Source: an uncultured Candidatus Saccharibacteria bacterium (GTDB taxonomy: Bacteria > Patescibacteriota > Dojkabacteria > GCA-002793355). Taken from it: a stretch of 64,000 nt of DNA. A program made the translations under genes and the position numbers. Under the pieces are notes generated by a model, which saw nothing but the letters and a program-made list of their open reading frames with translations, was not told where the DNA came from and did no database searches. Where the stretch lies: positions 572,314 to 636,313 of the forward strand of contig CAZGEO010000001.1 of the NCBI GenBank assembly GCA_964525295.1, read 5' to 3'. Below are positions 37,475-46,757 of the stretch, in pieces. Positions within the stretch are counted from its first letter, which is position 1. Each line of letters starts with the position of its first letter.

Positions 37475-38263
37475 ATGCATTTATTTCGCAAAATTTACTA
37501 TCTTTTTTTGACAGCGAAGCCAGGACATCATTTTGCGACAGAACTTTCATTTATTGTTGGATTTTTTTATGCCAGTGCCGGTCGATTGCCAACTAACCAA
37601 GAATTATTATTGCTGATCACTTTTGTCATTTTTTATGGAGCAATTTATCAAATGAATGAGGTGCTCGATTATGAGCGTGATAGGAAAGATCCGTATCGTA
37701 ATCGTCGGCCACTTGCCTCAGGAAAAGTCAGTAGGGGCGAAGTACTCGCGACAGCAATTGTTCTCGGAGGATCGGCATTTTCGTTTATGGTTGTGAATCG
37801 ACCAACGCTACTTCTTTTGTTGTGTGGGCTTATTCTGTTGAATATTTTGTATACGCGAATTCTTAAAAATTACAGATACATTGATTTACTCATCATAAAC
37901 ATGTCGCATATGGTGAAATTCTGGTGTGGAATCATAATTGCAAACCAAACTTTGTCATTTAACTTCGAGATATTACTGTTGAGTTTCTGTATTTATTTCA
38001 TTGTTTTAACGCTACAACCAAATAGACGAATTTTTGCGTTACTTGATAAGCCAGATAGAAGACCAGAGTTGAACGCTTATTTGATTATTCGCAGAAGTTC
38101 ACTGCTATTTCTTACGCTTATCTTATTCTCAGCAAAATTGTATTCATTCACTTTTCTCGTTATTGCTTACGTATTTCTTGTCATTTTTATTGCGCTATTG
38201 GAATTTTCAAAACCATTCAAGTTGTGGTTTCGCTCGCAGCAAACGTGGTATAGCAAATACTAG
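37475..38263 (+). CDS. UbiA-family prenyltransferase
   Basis: NEVLDYERDRKD (NDxxDxxxD-like) and RPLASG motifs in a polytopic membrane protein. Confidence 0.65.
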   Translation: MHLFRKIYYLFLTAKPGHHFATELSFIVGFFYASAGRLPTNQELLLLITFVIFYGAIYQMNEVLDYERDRKDPYRNRRPLASGKVSRGEVLATAIVLGGSAFSFMVVNRPTLLLLLCGLILLNILYTRILKNYRYIDLLIINMSHMVKFWCGIIIANQTLSFNFEILLLSFCIYFIVLTLQPNRRIFALLDKPDRRPELNAYLIIRRSSLLFLTLILFSAKLYSFTFLVIAYVFLVIFIALLEFSKPFKLWFRSQQTWYSKY

Positions 38264-38264
38264 A

Positions 38265-38301
38265 CTGTACTATTGACAGTAGTACGCGTGTCGTGTACTA
38301 T
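38265..38301 (+). promoter_or_regulatory. lexA promoter (TTGACA-N17-TACTAT) with candidate LexA operator dyad GTACTA-N7-TAGTAC overlapping -35
   Basis: Direct reading: TTGACA at 38273-38278, TACTAT at 38296-38301; inverted repeat arms at 38267-38272 and 38280-38285 (also parsable as CTGT-N7-ACAG). Confidence 0.45.
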
Positions 38302-38329
38302 CGAAGGAATAAGATTGAATTAGTTAGCT

Positions 38330-38935
38330 ATGGAACCACTACACAAGGCGCAGCAGCTACTTTTAGAATTACTTGCAAAAAATGCTCAAGACCCGTTGAC
38401 AATTCGTGAATTGCAAAACAGAATAGGTGCTTCATCACCAAGTGTTGTTACTCACCATTTAAAGCAATTGCAGAAAAAAGGGTATTTAACTAGAGATCCG
38501 CACGATCCTCGCACGTATATTGTGCATGAAAAAACTGAATTACTTGGTGATATTGTCAGTTTGCCACTTTATGGTATGGCTCAATGTGGTCCTAACGGTA
38601 GTTTGCTTGATGGTGCACCAGTTGAATATGTACCAATTTCTAGGCAATTGTTAGGAACGTATTACGATAATTCATTTATGGTTAAAGCACGTGGTGATTC
38701 AATGGAACCACAAATTAAAGAAGGCGATCTTGTTATTGCAGTCAAGCGAAATCTGGCTCAATCGGGAGACATTGTTGTATGTGTTAATCATGAAAAAGTA
38801 CTTATTAAAAAATATGTCGAAAGTGAGAATATGGTACTGCTTCTTTCACTTAATCAGAATTATGATCCAATAATTCCTGCTGAAGACTTTCGCATCGAAG
38901 GGGTAGTGAAATCGGTATATTCGTATCAGCGTTAG
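38330..38935 (+). CDS. lexA: LexA repressor (S24 peptidase family)
   Basis: N-terminal wHTH (LTIRELQNRIGASSPSVVTHHLKQLQKKGYL). C-terminal S24 catalytic motifs GDSMEP and the Lys region (VLIKKYV). Confidence 0.85.
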   Translation: MEPLHKAQQLLLELLAKNAQDPLTIRELQNRIGASSPSVVTHHLKQLQKKGYLTRDPHDPRTYIVHEKTELLGDIVSLPLYGMAQCGPNGSLLDGAPVEYVPISRQLLGTYYDNSFMVKARGDSMEPQIKEGDLVIAVKRNLAQSGDIVVCVNHEKVLIKKYVESENMVLLLSLNQNYDPIIPAEDFRIEGVVKSVYSYQR

Positions 38936-38978
38936 TTATTGGTTGTGAAAACTTGAAAGTTTCTGCTAGTATGTAGGT

Positions 38979-40157
38979 ATGAAACTATTCTTTTCAATAA
39001 TTCGCTGGTTAATTGCAATTTTTGCCTCGATTGTGTGGTATGCAATCGTTGTTACGATAATACCAATACAATTGTTTCTTGGTAATTTTGCAACTCGAGA
39101 AGGAGCAACGCAGTTTGTTACCGCATTGACTGTTTCAGAAGAAACAACGGTGGCTCTTCGAGAAGGCATAATTTCTGGTTTGGCAAATAGTCAGGTGACT
39201 GACCCAAGTTTAGCGCAGCTATTTGCTGATGTAGCACAGCCGACCTCGGTGCTTGGCGATACTGTTAGGAAGGTCTTTACGGCGTCGATGTTACGAAATA
39301 ATCTACGTAATAACGTCACGATCTTTTACGATTGGTTAGAAGGAAAGAATGCAAACTTAGTATTGAATGTAAAACTGGAAGGAACAAAAGCGCAGCATGA
39401 GGCGATTCTGAATGCTGTTATCAAATCGGAATATGATGCATTACCAGAATGTACCGAAGCTGAATTGCGACAAATAATGGCCTCTCCATCGGGTAGTGAA
39501 ACTCCAACATGTCGCTTTGTTCCTTATGAACAGCTTGATAATTCTTTAACGACTGAAGGCTTTTTTTCTGCTCCTGAATACACGCAAGCAACGACAACAG
39601 GGCTTCCTTTTGATACTAAGGCAACGGCAAGTGATAGAGAAGCAATTAAAGCATTTTTTGGATTAGCTCAGGTAGGTCGTCAGATATTCTGGGTATTGTT
39701 GGCAATTGTAGCAGTCATAATCTGGTTACTCTTTACCCCACGCGCAATTAGCTCGATAATGACGGGAATCTTGCTGGTGTTTACTGCTTTAACGCTTTAT
39801 TCAGAGGCAGCAATTATTGCGGGAATCGCAGGTGTAAGTACGTTGTCAGTTTATGTTGGAAAATTACAACAAACCGCAAATATTCTTCTTGCGATAGGCG
39901 TACTACTCGCAGTATTCGGTGTATATCTGCTAGCTCGTAAAAAGAAAAAATCACCTGCAGAAAATGTAGTTGACAGACGAGTAGAGGAAGAGCCGGTAGT
40001 TTCAGAGATATCAGGAGTTGCAAAGAAAAATTCAGTTGAATCAGAAGAGCGGAAAGGGGTTGCAAAAAACGAAGCGACTGAAAAAGAAGACATTAACACA
40101 CCTGAAGTTGCAGAATCTAGTGAAGTGAGTGGCGATTCAAGCTCGGATGATTCGTAA
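38979..40157 (+). CDS. Hypothetical membrane protein with acidic/Ser-rich C-terminal tail
   Basis: Several TM segments at both ends of a central soluble region; C-terminal EEPVVSEISGV...SSDDS tail. Confidence 0.4.
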   Translation: MKLFFSIIRWLIAIFASIVWYAIVVTIIPIQLFLGNFATREGATQFVTALTVSEETTVALREGIISGLANSQVTDPSLAQLFADVAQPTSVLGDTVRKVFTASMLRNNLRNNVTIFYDWLEGKNANLVLNVKLEGTKAQHEAILNAVIKSEYDALPECTEAELRQIMASPSGSETPTCRFVPYEQLDNSLTTEGFFSAPEYTQATTTGLPFDTKATASDREAIKAFFGLAQVGRQIFWVLLAIVAVIIWLLFTPRAISSIMTGILLVFTALTLYSEAAIIAGIAGVSTLSVYVGKLQQTANILLAIGVLLAVFGVYLLARKKKKSPAENVVDRRVEEEPVVSEISGVAKKNSVESEERKGVAKNEATEKEDINTPEVAESSEVSGDSSSDDS

Positions 40158-40170
40158 ATCGTGCGTCGTT

Positions 40171-40917
40171 TTAGCGTAGCATCGCGACCATAGCTAGACG
40201 TCCGGTATCTGGCTTTGTACCGTTGTCGTAATCGAACTTGTGAGAAAAGAAGTTTTTGTTTGTATAGGTATCAATGCCAGAATTGAATATATTTTCTGTT
40301 AAAACTCCAGAATCCTTTATCTGTTTAAGTGTTAGGCCAACGTTGTCGATAAGGAATTTATTATTGTTATTAAGTTCGAAAAATCCTTGCCAATGTGCTG
40401 AATTTCTGTGTTCAAACGTTTCGTAAATGTATGATTCTTTTTGAATCGCAGGGCCAATAAGTGCGATTAATTCTTCCGGTTTGATGTGATACTTCTCAAT
40501 CATTTTGTTGATTACTTTTTGCACAAAGGAGTTGTCGGTATTTTTTATACCGTGGTGCACGATGGCAAGGCATGTTTGCGCTTTATCAAATAATACGATT
40601 GGCGCGCAATCTGCAACAAGGAGATAAAGCGCAACATTCTTTTGATTAGTAATCATGGCGTCGCATACAACTACTTCGTCTTGGTTGTAAACCGATTTTC
40701 CACGCTCGGCGACGCCAACTTCGCGGATGACATCGCCGTGATTAACGAGCATTGCAACGGTATGTTCTGGTGCGATGCCCGCTAAATTTAGGAATTTCTG
40801 TCGATTATTCTTTACTTCAGAGAATTCACCATAGACAAATGATTGATTTCCTTCACTTTTGTCAGAAATCGCATATACAAAGCCTTGAGGTGGCGTAAAG
40901 TGAGTTATTTGGTACAT
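40171..40917 (-). CDS. pgeF: YfiH/PgeF family protein (purine nucleoside phosphorylase / peptidoglycan editing factor, DUF152)
   Basis: LLVADCAPIVLFD and CLAIVHHG motifs. Start placed at the Met giving a TAATG stop-start overlap with murE; the ORF-track long form (to 40989) would overlap murE by 73 nt. Confidence 0.7.
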   Translation of the reverse strand: MYQITHFTPPQGFVYAISDKSEGNQSFVYGEFSEVKNNRQKFLNLAGIAPEHTVAMLVNHGDVIREVGVAERGKSVYNQDEVVVCDAMITNQKNVALYLLVADCAPIVLFDKAQTCLAIVHHGIKNTDNSFVQKVINKMIEKYHIKPEELIALIGPAIQKESYIYETFEHRNSAHWQGFFELNNNNKFLIDNVGLTLKQIKDSGVLTENIFNSGIDTYTNKNFFSHKFDYDNGTKPDTGRLAMVAMLR

Positions 40918-42518
40918 TAATTCCTCTTCCCAAGTAATTTTCTTACGGCCTGAATATCGTTCCAGGGGTACTCCGTCACTCCAAAACAAAGGGATTCCTC
41001 ATGAGCTTTTCCACAGATTATGACGACGTCACCTGGTTTTGCAAGCTTTAATGCTAGTTCAATGGCCTGTTTACGAACTTCAGCAAGAATCGTATCATCA
41101 TCGAATCGTATTAGCTGTTTTTTGTGAGACGCAAATGAACTCCAACCTTTTTGAATTGAGTCGTTAATCTCTTCCAATTTTTCGGTTCTTGGGTCTTCTG
41201 CTGTAAGTATAGTGATATCAGCAAATTTTGCTGCTGCTTCACCCATGGGGACTCGTTTCCCAGCATCGCGTTTACCCGCACAACCGAATACGGTAATGAT
41301 CCTGTTGTCGGGTGAAGCTTTTTGCGTTGCAGCTGTTTTGAGCGCATTTTCAAGTGCATTTGCTGTGTGAGCAAAATCAACAATAACGGTGAATGGATCT
41401 GTTTGTTCGACCTGCATTCGTCCAGTAATTGTTATGAAGTTACTTAATTTTGGCGCAACTTGAGAAATTGGCAATTTTTCCAACTCGCTAACAAGGAGTA
41501 TTGCTGCAGAAGCGTTCCAGACGTTAAATCTCCCCAGAATCGGAATTGTTATGTTCTCTCCTGCAAATCTGAATGATAATTTCCCTCGTTCTGCGATGTT
41601 GTCGATGACTCTATCCGCTGAGGGTTGTTCACCGTAGCTAATGACACTTCGTTCTTTTGATTGGGCTACTTCAAGCAATTTTTTGAAGGATTTTTCGTCA
41701 TCAGCGTTTATTACGGCAAATCCAGTCTGTTTGAGATGCTCTGAAAGTAAACGCGCTTTTGCAGTAAAGTAATTTTCCCAAGTTTTGTGATAATCTAGAT
41801 GTTCGCTGGTAATATTGGTGTAGGCAACTGCGTCGAAATGTAAACCTGCGAGTCTACCCATTGCGAGCGCATGTGAAGTTGTTTCAACTACGGCATGAGT
41901 GCAGCCTTTTTCTTCCATGAGCTTGAGGAATTTAAACAATTCTTGTGGAGCTGGAGTAGTTGTGTGAAACCCTGTGTCTATTGTTTCGTCGCCAATTTTT
42001 GCTGAAACGGTTGATATTAAGCCTGGTTTGAAGCCTAGCTCCTGTAGCATATGGTAAATCATTGTGGAGGTTGTAGTCTTTCCATCAGTTCCTGTTACTG
42101 CGATATATTTCATCTTGGAAGTATCGAGTGTGTAAAGGGGGCCAATTTCTGCGCTAATAAAGGCTTTTTTCTCATTGACAGATAACTCATCTTTTTCAAA
42201 TTTTTGTGCGAGTTCATCAGTAAAAGCTCCTACGTCCTGTGAGGGAATTTTTATGTTTTGTGTAAGCAGCTCAGAAAGTAGTTGATCAGGCAGTCCTGGT
42301 GCATAAACAAATAACGTTGTGCCTGCTTCTAGCGCTTCTTTCGGATTTTCGTAGAAAATTCGCGCACCTTGTTGTTCAAGTTCTTTTGTTCTGTCACTTT
42401 CTTTTATATCAAAACCGTAAACTTCGCATCCAAGGTTGAGAAAGAATCTTGCTACATAATAAACGCCAGCACCACCAATACCAATACAGGCTACCTTTTT
42501 TAGATTATCGTAGGTCAT
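40917..42518 (-). CDS. murE: UDP-N-acetylmuramoyl-tripeptide ligase MurE-like (meso-DAP type), with MurC/D-like N-terminal Rossmann domain
   Basis: Mur ligase P-loop VTGTDGKTTT, ETTSHAL...GR, TNITSEHLDYH, and the MurE hallmark TAEDPRTEKLEEINDSI (compare DNPRTEEPRAIINDI). N-terminus IGIGGAG is unusual for MurE. Confidence 0.7.
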   Translation of the reverse strand: MTYDNLKKVACIGIGGAGVYYVARFFLNLGCEVYGFDIKESDRTKELEQQGARIFYENPKEALEAGTTLFVYAPGLPDQLLSELLTQNIKIPSQDVGAFTDELAQKFEKDELSVNEKKAFISAEIGPLYTLDTSKMKYIAVTGTDGKTTTSTMIYHMLQELGFKPGLISTVSAKIGDETIDTGFHTTTPAPQELFKFLKLMEEKGCTHAVVETTSHALAMGRLAGLHFDAVAYTNITSEHLDYHKTWENYFTAKARLLSEHLKQTGFAVINADDEKSFKKLLEVAQSKERSVISYGEQPSADRVIDNIAERGKLSFRFAGENITIPILGRFNVWNASAAILLVSELEKLPISQVAPKLSNFITITGRMQVEQTDPFTVIVDFAHTANALENALKTAATQKASPDNRIITVFGCAGKRDAGKRVPMGEAAAKFADITILTAEDPRTEKLEEINDSIQKGWSSFASHKKQLIRFDDDTILAEVRKQAIELALKLAKPGDVVIICGKAHEESLCFGVTEYPWNDIQAVRKLLGKRN

Positions 42519-43882
42519 ACAATTAGTTGTGGAATAATTTTATCGATATCTCCAGCACTCATGATAACAAGCAAGGAGTTTTCTTTATCTAGTTCAATGA
42601 ATTTACCCAGCGTTTTTTCATATGGAGGAGTATCGTTGGTGAAATGAATTTCTTTGTTGGGGAATCTTTTGCGAATTCCATCTACAAATTGTTCTGCGGT
42701 AATTAGGTTCCGTTCTGCTTCACTTTCGCGAATTGAATAGATGTTAGGAATAATCAAAACGTCGGCATCTTTAAGCGCTTCGGTTATCTCTGTTTGAAAA
42801 GTGAACGTTCGTTCATAATTGTGTGGTTGATACAATGCAATGAGCCTCTTAGTTGGAAATGCTTCACGTGCTCCCTGCAAGCAGGCAGCAACCTTCTGCG
42901 GATTATGGGCAAAATCCTTATAAATCGCTGTCCCTTTGCGGGTTTTGCCCTTATACTCAAATCTTGATGAAATGCCAATAAATGATGCTAATGCCTCACG
43001 AATTTGAGATTCTGAAAGCCCTAATGCTACGCCAACCCCCGCTGCGCGTAGAAGATTTTCTTGATTGTGATTGCCAACCAAGATTGAGTCAAGGTGACCA
43101 AATTTTTCTTTTAGTTCTGTTACGCTGAGTATTCTAGTTTCTACATCAGGAAGTGCCTGTATTACCGACTTTTCGTTCTTATGTGCTGAGTCGATAATGA
43201 TACGATTCTTCGTTGGCGCTAAGAATTCAGAAAAGGCGCTATTATAATCTTCTTGTGAATGGTAATAATCGGTATGATCGAGATCAATATGAGTAACGAC
43301 ACTTATGTAGGGGTGGGGAGCTCTATCGAGAAATTGACGTTTGTATTCGCAAGCCTCGAGAACCAAATATTCGCTTTGTTTATTAACTTGCCAATTGGCG
43401 TCAATTCCTGCGATTCTATCTTTTGCATCACCAACGATGAAATTCGGCGTCCCAAGTGTTTTGTGAAGTAGCCAAACAACAAGTGCTGTTGTTGTTGTCT
43501 TGCCATGAGTGCCCGCAATTGCAATGGTCTTGTAGTTTTGTGAAATCTGCCCAAGCAACTGAGGTACGGTGACGTACGGCATATCGGTTTGTTGAATTTT
43601 CTCTATTTCAGGATTCCCTGGTATTGGCCCGTTGGGGATCACGATAAGGTCGAGATCGTCAGTAATAAACTCCGCATTATGTGGGCCGGGATAAAGTACG
43701 CCTTTAGCAATCCATTCCTTAGCGCTATCAGAATCTTGGTTCGCTTCTGATGCAGTTACGCGAATTCCTTGATTAAGTAGTGTCGTCGCACTGAAACTGC
43801 AGAAAGGTGATGTTATGCCAATAAAGTGAACTTTTTTGATAGTTGGCCATTTTTCAGCCAATTGTTCTTTAGAATAGTGCAT
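42515..43882 (-). CDS. Mur ligase, MurC/Mpl family (Mpl-like)
   Basis: HFIGI N-terminus, IAIAGTHGKTTTT P-loop, EACEYKRQFLDRA (compare Mpl EADEYDCAFFDKR), KDFAHNPQK (compare DDFAHHPT). Confidence 0.65.
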   Translation of the reverse strand: MHYSKEQLAEKWPTIKKVHFIGITSPFCSFSATTLLNQGIRVTASEANQDSDSAKEWIAKGVLYPGPHNAEFITDDLDLIVIPNGPIPGNPEIEKIQQTDMPYVTVPQLLGQISQNYKTIAIAGTHGKTTTTALVVWLLHKTLGTPNFIVGDAKDRIAGIDANWQVNKQSEYLVLEACEYKRQFLDRAPHPYISVVTHIDLDHTDYYHSQEDYNSAFSEFLAPTKNRIIIDSAHKNEKSVIQALPDVETRILSVTELKEKFGHLDSILVGNHNQENLLRAAGVGVALGLSESQIREALASFIGISSRFEYKGKTRKGTAIYKDFAHNPQKVAACLQGAREAFPTKRLIALYQPHNYERTFTFQTEITEALKDADVLIIPNIYSIRESEAERNLITAEQFVDGIRKRFPNKEIHFTNDTPPYEKTLGKFIELDKENSLLVIMSAGDIDKIIPQLIV

Positions 43883-43958
43883 GTAACAATTGTAACATGC
43901 CAGTCATGCGTCTTCTTTCGTTAAAGTGTGTCCTTTGAGATCGGTGGTAAAATAGAAT

Positions 43959-45035
43959 ATGAAGATAATTGAAAACTACTCATTAAAAGAATTAAATACT
44001 TACGGGGTTGCAGCTTCAGCGAGGTATTATGCAAATATTGAAGATACTACGGAACTCGTAGAGTTGTTGAATGATAAAAAATATACGGGTTTGCCGTTGA
44101 AGATCCTTGGTGGTGGAAGTAATGTTTTGTTTGTACACGACTTTCCGGGAATTGTAGCTCACCTGAATTTGCGTGGAAGAGCAGTTGTTTACGAAGATGC
44201 CGAAAAGGTGCATATCGAATGCGCAGCTGGTGAATCATGGCATGATTTTGTAACTTACGCAGTTGAGAACGAGTTTGAAGGCGTTGAAAATATGGCATTA
44301 ATTCCTGGAACTATTGGTGGCGCGGTTGTCGGAAATATTGCAGCCTATGGGCAAAATTTGAGTGATGTTATTCTTTCAGTTAAGGTGCTTAATACGAAAA
44401 CAAACGAAGTTCTAGAAATGAGTAAAGAAGAATTGCGATTGCGCTACCGAGATAGTATTTTCAAAGAAAGGCGTGAACTTATCATATTATCGGCAACATT
44501 TGAACTCAAGAAACAATATGAACAATTAGAAACTTCATATCATGAGCGAAAGGGGCGATACGGCTCATTAGAAGAAGAGTTGCAAAGTTTTTCATCACCA
44601 CCGTACACAATAAAAGATGTATATAATGCGGTAATTAGGCAGAGAACGAAGCGTTTGCCAAGCGTTGAGGAAGTCGGCAATGCGGGAAGTTTCTTTGTAA
44701 ATCCAATAATTACAAAAGAGAAGTTTGAGGAGTTATACAAAAAAATTCCTGAATTACAATCATACCCAGCTGAAGATTTGAAATATACACGTAAAGATTG
44801 GGAAGATGTGAAAGATCAGTATGTAAAAATTCCAGCGGGTAGGGTAATTGAATTTCTTGGCTGGCGCGGTAAATGGGAAGGTAATGTTGGTATTTCAGAA
44901 AAGCATGCATTATGTGTTGTTACTAACAAGCAAGCAACTGGCGAGGAAGTCTTAGCTTTCACAGAAAAGGTTAAAAAAGACGTTCTCGAAAAATACGGAA
45001 TAGAGCTGAAGTCAGAGATTGATATTATTCAGTAA
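43959..45035 (+). CDS. murB: UDP-N-acetylenolpyruvoylglucosamine reductase
   Basis: FAD-binding PCMH-type N-terminus (LKILGGGSNVLF) and MurB C-terminal domain (GSFFVNP, R...E catalytic region). Confidence 0.85.
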   Translation: MKIIENYSLKELNTYGVAASARYYANIEDTTELVELLNDKKYTGLPLKILGGGSNVLFVHDFPGIVAHLNLRGRAVVYEDAEKVHIECAAGESWHDFVTYAVENEFEGVENMALIPGTIGGAVVGNIAAYGQNLSDVILSVKVLNTKTNEVLEMSKEELRLRYRDSIFKERRELIILSATFELKKQYEQLETSYHERKGRYGSLEEELQSFSSPPYTIKDVYNAVIRQRTKRLPSVEEVGNAGSFFVNPIITKEKFEELYKKIPELQSYPAEDLKYTRKDWEDVKDQYVKIPAGRVIEFLGWRGKWEGNVGISEKHALCVVTNKQATGEEVLAFTEKVKKDVLEKYGIELKSEIDIIQ

Positions 45036-45052
45036 TTTTCAATTGTTAATAA

Positions 45053-45337
45053 TTAATGCCCAATTGCAACTGTTTTCTGCTTTTGTAGCCAATATCTCTT
45101 AAGTGCATTTAACGACAATGTGGACAAAAGGAATCCGAGTGTTGGAATTATTGAGTTTACGTAGGGAATGTCGTTACCAAGCGACCACATAAAAGCTGTC
45201 ATAACAAGGTAAGTCAATAAAGCAATTGAAACTTTGCGAAAAGTACTTGTTTCCCAAGCTTTATCAAGTTCAACACGCGCGTTACGATTTTGAATTTCTA
45301 TTATTTGTTTTGTAATTTCTTCTATAGAAGTATTCAT
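45053..45337 (-). CDS. Hypothetical small 2-TM membrane protein
   Basis: 94 aa with two hydrophobic segments. Confidence 0.35.
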   Translation of the reverse strand: MNTSIEEITKQIIEIQNRNARVELDKAWETSTFRKVSIALLTYLVMTAFMWSLGNDIPYVNSIIPTLGFLLSTLSLNALKRYWLQKQKTVAIGH

Positions 45338-45397
45338 ATTTTTATCGAAGATTAATAATTATTAATTAACGGTTTATATAAATTTAAAAAGTGCCGT

Positions 45398-46687
45398 TTA
45401 TACCCATTGAATATCTGCCCCTAAATTCTGCAATGTTTGCTCAAAATGTGGATGTGCTCGACGAATTGAATCGGCATTGCGAATGGTGCTTTCACCTTCA
45501 ATAGAAAGCCCAATCATTGTTAAGGCTATCGCAGCGCGAATGATATTTGGTGCGTCAATTGTTGCTGGGGTAAGTTTCTGACCTCCAAATATTATGACTC
45601 TGTGTGGATCAAGCATAGAAATTTTTGAACCATATTTCATAACTTCTGGCATCCAGAATAGGCCACCTTCGTATACTTTGTTCCAGAACATAATTTCGCC
45701 TTTTGCTTTTACTGCAAGCGCAATGAGTAGTGGCATGAGGTCAACAGGGAAATATGGCCATGGGGCTGCTTCGATTTTTTGAATCATATTTGCGGTAAAT
45801 GGTTGCTCTACGAGAAGTTTTTGATTTTCTCTGACTATTGCGGTTGTTCCTTCATATTCGATATTGACGCCAAGTTTCTTGAATGAATTAACTATTAGTG
45901 GAAAGTGATGAGGGAGTGCATTGGTAACGTGAACTTCACCGCCGGTCATTGCCCCTAATGCGAGAATCGTCGTTATTTCGTGATGGTCGCTGCTAATGGT
46001 AAATTCTGTACCAGTAAGTTCGTTGACACCTTCTATGGTTAAGGTACTAGTGCCGATGCCGTTAATTTTTGCACCCATTGACACCAAAAAATTACAAAGA
46101 TCTTGTACATGCGGTTCGCTTGCAGCATTGACCATTGTTGAAGTGCCTTCGGCAAGTACTGCTGCATTAATGAAGTTTTCTGTAGTGGTAACACTCATGT
46201 AATCTGGCCAGAGTTTTGCGCCTTTGAATCGACCTTCAATCGTGAATTCAATTGTTGACCCGCGTACGACTTTGGTTCCGAGTGCTTCTAATACATCGAG
46301 ATGTGGGTCAATTTCGCGAATACCTAGAGCGCACCCACCAATATCATTTTGCATTTTCAAATGCTTCATACGATGCAAAAGTGGCGAGAAAAGGAGAATT
46401 GAACCTCGCATACCTACAGGAAAATCTGCTTTGAAAAGTTCATTGTTTACTGTGCTGTTGTCAACGGTAATAGTTGCGGTTTCTTTATTCCATACAATGG
46501 TAGAGCCAATACTCTGGAGCTGTTCAACGAGTTTTGTAACATCTGTTAATTCTGGAACGTTGTGAAGGGTAATTTTCTCATTTGTGAGTAATGTTGCACA
46601 AAGTATGGGAAGAACGCTGTTTTTGTTACCTGAAGGAGTTACGGTACCTGAAAGTTTTTTACCACCACGTAGAATTATATTGCTCAT
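45398..46687 (-). CDS. murA: UDP-N-acetylglucosamine 1-carboxyvinyltransferase
   Basis: EPSP-synthase-fold enzyme with N-terminal LSGTVTPSGNKNSVLPILCATLL and about 429 aa typical of MurA. Confidence 0.9.
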   Translation of the reverse strand: MSNIILRGGKKLSGTVTPSGNKNSVLPILCATLLTNEKITLHNVPELTDVTKLVEQLQSIGSTIVWNKETATITVDNSTVNNELFKADFPVGMRGSILLFSPLLHRMKHLKMQNDIGGCALGIREIDPHLDVLEALGTKVVRGSTIEFTIEGRFKGAKLWPDYMSVTTTENFINAAVLAEGTSTMVNAASEPHVQDLCNFLVSMGAKINGIGTSTLTIEGVNELTGTEFTISSDHHEITTILALGAMTGGEVHVTNALPHHFPLIVNSFKKLGVNIEYEGTTAIVRENQKLLVEQPFTANMIQKIEAAPWPYFPVDLMPLLIALAVKAKGEIMFWNKVYEGGLFWMPEVMKYGSKISMLDPHRVIIFGGQKLTPATIDAPNIIRAAIALTMIGLSIEGESTIRNADSIRRAHPHFEQTLQNLGADIQWV

Positions 46688-46757
46688 TTTTTCAATGCTA
46701 AGTTAAGTGTTAGTACAATTATAACCTATGTTTCAAGCTCGATTTGCAAAAATTTTG

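Noticed and set aside
37341-37550. 69-aa minus-strand ORF between the wHTH-NUDIX gene and ubiA
   Set aside because: Overlaps the 5' end of the better-supported UbiA gene; no RBS or motif.
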